Below, piece by piece: positions 59,418-64,000 of a DNA stretch of 64,000 nucleotides. The DNA comes from a virus, in IMG/VR virus record IMGVR_UViG_3300025120_000036, positions 4,974 to 68,973 of that record, one strand, 5' to 3'. Positions within the stretch are counted from its first letter, which is position 1. Each line of letters begins with the position of its first letter. Under the pieces are notes generated by a model that was not told where the DNA came from, ran no database searches, and saw nothing but the letters and a program-made list of their open reading frames with translations. Both the position numbers and the translations under genes were made by a program.

Positions 59418-60061
59418 ATTTTATTATACATTATTTGAAATGTTTCTGCAAATTTAGGTTCACTGTCATTGCTATCAAAAAAATTGCCTCTGTATTGATT
59501 GTAATTAAAAATATTTTCTATGCTGTCGTTGTTGAAATAACTTGGATAGCATTCTAATGCTCGTCTCTTTTTTGACACTTCATTGGTAATATCTATGTAG
59601 AGGTTACAATTTAAGTTTTTGTAGTGTAGGTTATAAGGTGGTACATCCATGCACCAAAATTGTTCAAAGTTTTTTCTAGCAATACTTCTAGCAACTTCAT
59701 AGCACACTCTATGATCTTGATGATAATCTTCTTTCCAGTGTGAGATTAAAATTTGATTATCTGCTATATAGGATTCTACATAGGTTATCAGATTATTTGT
59801 TAATTTTAAATTAGGTCTACCATTTTCATGCAAGGGCGTATCATATATCACAGTGTTAACATCTAACACTTGCTTACTTTTTTGTAACTCATTTTCAACT
59901 ATTTCTTTGTTCCTATTTTGATTTTGCTCGTTGCTAGGTTTGACTAGTATAAGATTTGTTACTGAACCACCAGCTTTGTTTATTTTAGCAATTAAGCCTC
60001 CGCAACCTATTTCTAAGTCATCTGGGTGTGCTGTGATTATTAGGAACTTTTTGTTGAACAT
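59414..60061 (-). CDS. PIG-L/LmbE family de-N-acetylase
   Basis: AHPDDLE.GCGG, H...D.HQDH, K..AL..Y.S, AE.F. Confidence 0.9.
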   Translation of the reverse strand: MFNKKFLIITAHPDDLEIGCGGLIAKINKAGGSVTNLILVKPSNEQNQNRNKEIVENELQKSKQVLDVNTVIYDTPLHENGRPNLKLTNNLITYVESYIADNQILISHWKEDYHQDHRVCYEVARSIARKNFEQFWCMDVPPYNLHYKNLNCNLYIDITNEVSKKRRALECYPSYFNNDSIENIFNYNQYRGNFFDSNDSEPKFAETFQIMYNKI

Positions 60062-60408
60062 TACTTAAAAGTTTTTGCTAAAACTAGTTGTGTTTTATTG
60101 TTCATGTCCAGTTTTAATTTAGCAATATTAAATTTTAGATCAACCATACGTATATTTTTATAGTTTTTCTTGATATAGCTTTGTAGCATTTTAGCTACCT
60201 TGACTTCACTGGTATTTTTTTTAAGTTTGTTGATATCAAATATAATTGATATTCCGCTTTTTTGTTGAATAGTAACAGCTAACACATAACCAATTGGCAT
60301 ATTAGAAAGCTTCATGCCCTCTAATACTTCTGGCCATTGTTTAACAAAATTTCTAGATAGCTCTATCCAGGATTGTTTACTTCTTGGTTGTTTTTTTCTT
60401 GCCGGCAT
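60061..60408 (-). CDS. Hypothetical basic protein
   Basis: 115 aa, WPEVL motif, coupled to neighbours. Confidence 0.65.
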   Translation of the reverse strand: MPARKKQPRSKQSWIELSRNFVKQWPEVLEGMKLSNMPIGYVLAVTIQQKSGISIIFDINKLKKNTSEVKVAKMLQSYIKKNYKNIRMVDLKFNIAKLKLDMNNKTQLVLAKTFK

Positions 60409-60898
60409 CTTTTTTCTCTACTGTTTTAGATTGGGCCGGTGTTGGATCTTCAACTGCTAATTCAGAAACTTTTACGCCACGTTCTTTAGCAATTAATTTG
60501 TTTAATTCAGTCAAATTAACTTCTCCAGTGGTTCCAGCTCCCATTGTTACAGTTATGTTATCAGTTGGTATTTTTTTAAGAAAATTACCTTGATGTAAAA
60601 ACGCCAACATATTTGTTCCATCTGCAAATTGTCTTCTAGATAAAACAGTGCCTAGTTCAAACGAACCTTGTGCTTCATCAGATTCTAAAACTTTTTGAAA
60701 CGAGTTGTGGTTAATATCATCTAAGAATTTTGGACCAAATACTAAAGCATCCTTTGGTGAATCTGGAATAGTTCTAAAAACTATTGCCACATTAGCATTG
60801 CTGTCTTTTAGTTTTCCGATGTGTTTATATTGTTTTCTGTTAGAAGCTACTGCTTCTGCATTGCCTTGTATGTCCATAGGCATCATTTGTTGTACCAT
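60377..60898 (-). CDS. Hypothetical protein
   Basis: 173 aa, RBS AAGGAG; KHIG, LN..IA...GV.V.ELA. Confidence 0.75.
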   Translation of the reverse strand: MVQQMMPMDIQGNAEAVASNRKQYKHIGKLKDSNANVAIVFRTIPDSPKDALVFGPKFLDDINHNSFQKVLESDEAQGSFELGTVLSRRQFADGTNMLAFLHQGNFLKKIPTDNITVTMGAGTTGEVNLTELNKLIAKERGVKVSELAVEDPTPAQSKTVEKKDAGKKKTTKK

Positions 60899-60907
60899 AG
60901 TTTCTCC

Positions 60908-61210
60908 TTATTGTCCAGCTGGTGTTTGAGGCACACTTGCGCCTGTAGTACCTGCTTGTGGTGTTGTTGATGCCGGAGCAACTTTTGTAATAAATGCTTG
61001 TAATTTATTATACATTGCACCTACTGTTGCCATCTCGCCGGCTCTAAAAGCACCTCTAGTTGAAGCTACATCAATAATTGTTGCTAAATTTTTTAAATCA
61101 GCTATTGATAGATCTGTTCCTGCAGATGCTTGTTCTGTTGCACTTGCAGTTGTACCTGCAGGCGAAACTGTTTCTTTTTTAATTTCTTTTGTTTCTGTTT
61201 TTGTAACCAT
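60908..61210 (-). CDS. Hypothetical protein
   Basis: RBS AGGAG; L.I.DL......IDVA..RGAFRA.E...VG..YNKL..F. Confidence 0.75.
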   Translation of the reverse strand: MVTKTETKEIKKETVSPAGTTASATEQASAGTDLSIADLKNLATIIDVASTRGAFRAGEMATVGAMYNKLQAFITKVAPASTTPQAGTTGASVPQTPAGQ

Positions 61211-61234
61211 TTGTTTTTTCTCCTGTGTACAGTT

Positions 61235-61263
61235 ATTATACTAAAATTAATTATCCAAAGCAA
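61235..61263 (-). promoter_or_regulatory. Sigma70 promoter
   Basis: TTGCTT-17 nt-TATAAT upstream of ATG 61210. Confidence 0.7.
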
Positions 61264-61300
61264 CCTTTGAATTTATAAATCGTGGCGGTATTTTGGTAAT

Positions 61301-61570
61301 TTAAAACGGCAGAGTTTGATTCATTTGCCCACTTAAAGCAAACAGTGTAAGGTCTGATGCATCTTCAAAACCAACAACAGTGGCTTTTTTCCAACTGTCT
61401 TTTTCCCAGCTAACCGAATTGACCAAACAATATCTGCCTGAACAGTTTTCATGAATCCATTTGTCCATAACTTTAATTTGGTAATCTGAAACATTTACTT
61501 TGGTAGTGGTAAAATGTAAAGGTAAAATTTCTACCTTTCTGTGGAAAAAATTTAATGGATTAATCCTCAT
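61301..61570 (-). CDS. Hypothetical protein
   Basis: 89 aa, NPLN, WI..N..GRY, GFED..DLT.F.L. Confidence 0.7.
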   Translation of the reverse strand: MRINPLNFFHRKVEILPLHFTTTKVNVSDYQIKVMDKWIHENCSGRYCLVNSVSWEKDSWKKATVVGFEDASDLTLFALSGQMNQTLPF

Positions 61571-62789
61571 ATGGCACAGTCAATCCAAACGGTGCTTCTA
61601 TGTTTCTATCGTAAGGATTATTAATTAAAAATATTGTATCGCAATAGTGTTCGTCACCCCAGCTATCAAATGGCCATCCGTCTGTGAACATTACAAATTT
61701 TTTAGGTTCTATACCTTCGTCTTTCATGTATATCCAGTTGCATTCAAACTCTGTACCACCACCATTGCCAAGTGTGTAATCTAACAGTTCTTCTGCATTG
61801 TCTGGTGTAAACACTTTAGGATTAAAAACCTTTGTATCAAAACTCCATAAGTGTATTCTGAAGTCTTTGTATTGATCCATAATGTTTTTTACTTCACTTA
61901 AAAATATTTTACATTGATGCTCTGTAATAGATCCTGAAGCGTCAAGAGCCAAACATATATCAATCATTTCGTCATTATTTTGTCCAGGTAATATAGCTGA
62001 TGTGTGCCAACTTTTTCTTGATGGTCTCATCCATGTGTAATCACTTTTAATGGTACTCATTATTTGTTGTTGTAATATTTCTCTCCAATCCATCTTGGGT
62101 TCTAATAGATCTTTTACTAATCTTTGTAGAGCACCTGGCAAATTACTAGCACCTGTTGATTGTGCGGCACTTATCATTGCTTCTTTTACTTCATCTCTGA
62201 TTTTTTTAAGTTCTTCTTTTGAATAAACAGGTTTGCCACCTTTACCGTTTTTCTGACCATTTTTACCTTGCTCATGAGCATCATCTTTGCCCCACTCTTG
62301 GTGATCGTCCATTAGCTCACCCATTTTTTCTAAAAACTTCTTACCGTTCTTCTTGGCAGTTTTCAGCAAGTCATCATAGATTCTTTCTGCATTCCAATCT
62401 TTGTATTTGTCGTCTTGGAAGCCTTTGTTCTCGCCTTTTTTACCTTTAGGCATTTCGCCAATGTTGCTTTCCATTAATATTTGATTGACTGCATAATCCG
62501 CCGCTATGTTCCACAGTTGAGGATCCCTGTTACCTATTCTTACAAGCATATGTTCAAACACATTGTGAAGTACCTCGTGTCCAAATAAAAATTCTGCTTC
62601 TTTTGGTGTAAGTGAATCTATAAACTTTGTATTGTAATAAAAGTGTCTGCCATCAGTACCAGCAGTAGGGCACCAGTCGTCTGCATTCACAAGTTTTAAT
62701 CTAGTAGCAAGATTGCCAAAGAAAGGATGTTTAAGCAATAGTGCAATTCTTGCCGTTACCAATTTATCTATTATTCTTTGATCACCCAT
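61560..62789 (-). CDS. Metallopeptidase-like + VWA domain protein (DUF2201-like)
   Basis: TAGTDG, HEVLH, WNIAADYAVN, MIDAS D.SGS, GGGT.F, FTDG. Confidence 0.9.
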   Translation of the reverse strand: MGDQRIIDKLVTARIALLLKHPFFGNLATRLKLVNADDWCPTAGTDGRHFYYNTKFIDSLTPKEAEFLFGHEVLHNVFEHMLVRIGNRDPQLWNIAADYAVNQILMESNIGEMPKGKKGENKGFQDDKYKDWNAERIYDDLLKTAKKNGKKFLEKMGELMDDHQEWGKDDAHEQGKNGQKNGKGGKPVYSKEELKKIRDEVKEAMISAAQSTGASNLPGALQRLVKDLLEPKMDWREILQQQIMSTIKSDYTWMRPSRKSWHTSAILPGQNNDEMIDICLALDASGSITEHQCKIFLSEVKNIMDQYKDFRIHLWSFDTKVFNPKVFTPDNAEELLDYTLGNGGGTEFECNWIYMKDEGIEPKKFVMFTDGWPFDSWGDEHYCDTIFLINNPYDRNIEAPFGLTVPYED

Positions 62790-62923
62790 TAGTTATAACT
62801 CGCATATATTATAAAAACAATTATAGAAATAAAAATTATAGTCAGTGTATGATTTCCAAGATTTAGAAAACTTCTGCCAACTGTATGAGGATTTTTTGGA
62901 TCTATCAAATCTTCTTTTTTCAT
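62789..62923 (-). CDS. 44-aa single-pass membrane micro-protein (not in ORF track)
   Basis: MKKEDLIDPKNPHTVGRSFLNLGNHTLTIIFISIIVFIIYASYN; TAATG overlaps with both neighbours. Confidence 0.75.
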   Translation of the reverse strand: MKKEDLIDPKNPHTVGRSFLNLGNHTLTIIFISIIVFIIYASYN

Positions 62924-64000
62924 TATTTAGACTCCATAGCAGTTATGACATACTTGCCAAACTTCTTATGGAACCTATCAAATGATTTCAACTTGCTAGG
63001 ATCAAACGGAAGTCTGTAGTTTGTTAAGGCAATTTTTGCACCCATAACAACCAACTCTGTCTCAAAGTTGTCCATCATATAGTCAAAAAATCTATCTGCC
63101 TGTTCGTTCCAAGTCTTTGCTCTCTTTTCGTGTGCCTGTTGTAGCTCATAACACAATGAAACTGTCAAAGAATACATTGCTGATATTTCTTTAGTTTTAA
63201 GATCTTTGATCTTGCCACTTAATATATCAGATGGGTTAGGCAACTGGCCGCTAATTTTACGATGATTCATAAACTTAACAGCCAAGCCTTCTCCTACGCA
63301 ACCTGCAACGAGGTCAGTGAGCGTACTTTCTGGCAGGTCATCTGATAGAAGTTGGGAAACAAAACTCCATGATCTTGGAGTTGCAAATGATCTACTTGAT
63401 CCTCTTGGATCAAAGTCATATAGATCTTGTTTTGCAAATGTGCAGTAACCTACTACATCTGCGTGAATGTGATTGTTAGTAGCCCATGTCATCCAGTCTT
63501 CAAAGTCCACTCTTAATTCAATGTGAACAAATCTGTTTGCCAATGGAGCCGGCATTCTGTAAGTGACGCCTTTGTCGCTTTCTCTGTTACCTGCCGCTAC
63601 AATTGAAACGCCTTCTGGTAAATGATACTGTCCTACTCTTCTGTTTAGGATAAGTTGGTATGCCGCCGCCTGTACTGCCGGAGCCGCTGAGTTTAATTCA
63701 TCTAAGAATACTATTGCATTAGATTTAGGATCAGTTGGCAATTCTGCCGGACTTGCCCAAACCATGTTGTTGTCTTTTGAATTGTAATATGGAATACCTT
63801 TAATATCTGTAGGCTCCCATAATGGAAGTCTTATATCTATTACTTCTCTATTTTGTGTATCTGCTATCTGTTTAACAATGTCTGATTTACCAATACCTGG
63901 CGCACCCCACATCATGATAGGTCTTTGCAGTTTGATACAATGTATCAATGCTGATTTTGCCTCATTAGGCGTTACAGTTCTATTTTGAGAACCAACTGCT
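62923..64000 (-). CDS. MoxR-like AAA+ ATPase (start lies beyond window end)
   Basis: Walker A GAPGIGKS, Walker B FLDE, AAGN, LANRF; frame stays open to 64000. Confidence 0.9.
   Translation of the reverse strand, partial: AVGSQNRTVTPNEAKSALIHCIKLQRPIMMWGAPGIGKSDIVKQIADTQNREVIDIRLPLWEPTDIKGIPYYNSKDNNMVWASPAELPTDPKSNAIVFLDELNSAAPAVQAAAYQLILNRRVGQYHLPEGVSIVAAGNRESDKGVTYRMPAPLANRFVHIELRVDFEDWMTWATNNHIHADVVGYCTFAKQDLYDFDPRGSSRSFATPRSWSFVSQLLSDDLPESTLTDLVAGCVGEGLAVKFMNHRKISGQLPNPSDILSGKIKDLKTKEISAMYSLTVSLCYELQQAHEKRAKTWNEQADRFFDYMMDNFETELVVMGAKIALTNYRLPFDPSKLKSFDRFHKKFGKYVITAMESK

Noticed and set aside
1-64000. CRISPR array, tRNAs, diversity-generating retroelement, inteins, stop-codon reassignment
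   Set aside because: No spaced direct repeats, cloverleafs, reverse transcriptase or intein motifs noticed by eye; genes are intact in the standard code. A tool-based scan was not possible

Overview
An AT-rich 64 kb segment of a large T4-related myovirus genome. The host is unknown; the low GC and promoter style would fit an aquatic alphaproteobacterium, but that is inference only. From left to right it holds the portal gene (gp20, truncated at the window start), a tape measure gene, and a divergent gp26-like/gp51-like pair apparently joined by a -1 ribosomal frameshift. Next is a GC-shifted island with a DUF1415-like gene, an ATE/Bpt-like aminoacyl transferase, a ~400 nt highly structured non-coding element with its own promoter, and a GIY-YIG nuclease. 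Then come gp46/gp47/gp55 and a ~30 kb late baseplate/tail-fibre operon that includes a 4324-aa protein studded with D(G/D)ST motifs. A ~17 kb sugar-modification cluster follows (glycosyltransferases, five tandem Twitch radical SAM enzymes, SGNH protein, carbamoyltransferase plus a 'PFIY' micro-protein, two epimerases, DegT aminotransferase, PIG-L deacetylase). The window ends with a VWA/MoxR-type AAA pair. The best novelty candidates are the structured RNA at ~6085-6480, the modification cluster with its possible DGST target motif, and the frameshift. All family calls come from motif recognition by eye; no database searches were run.
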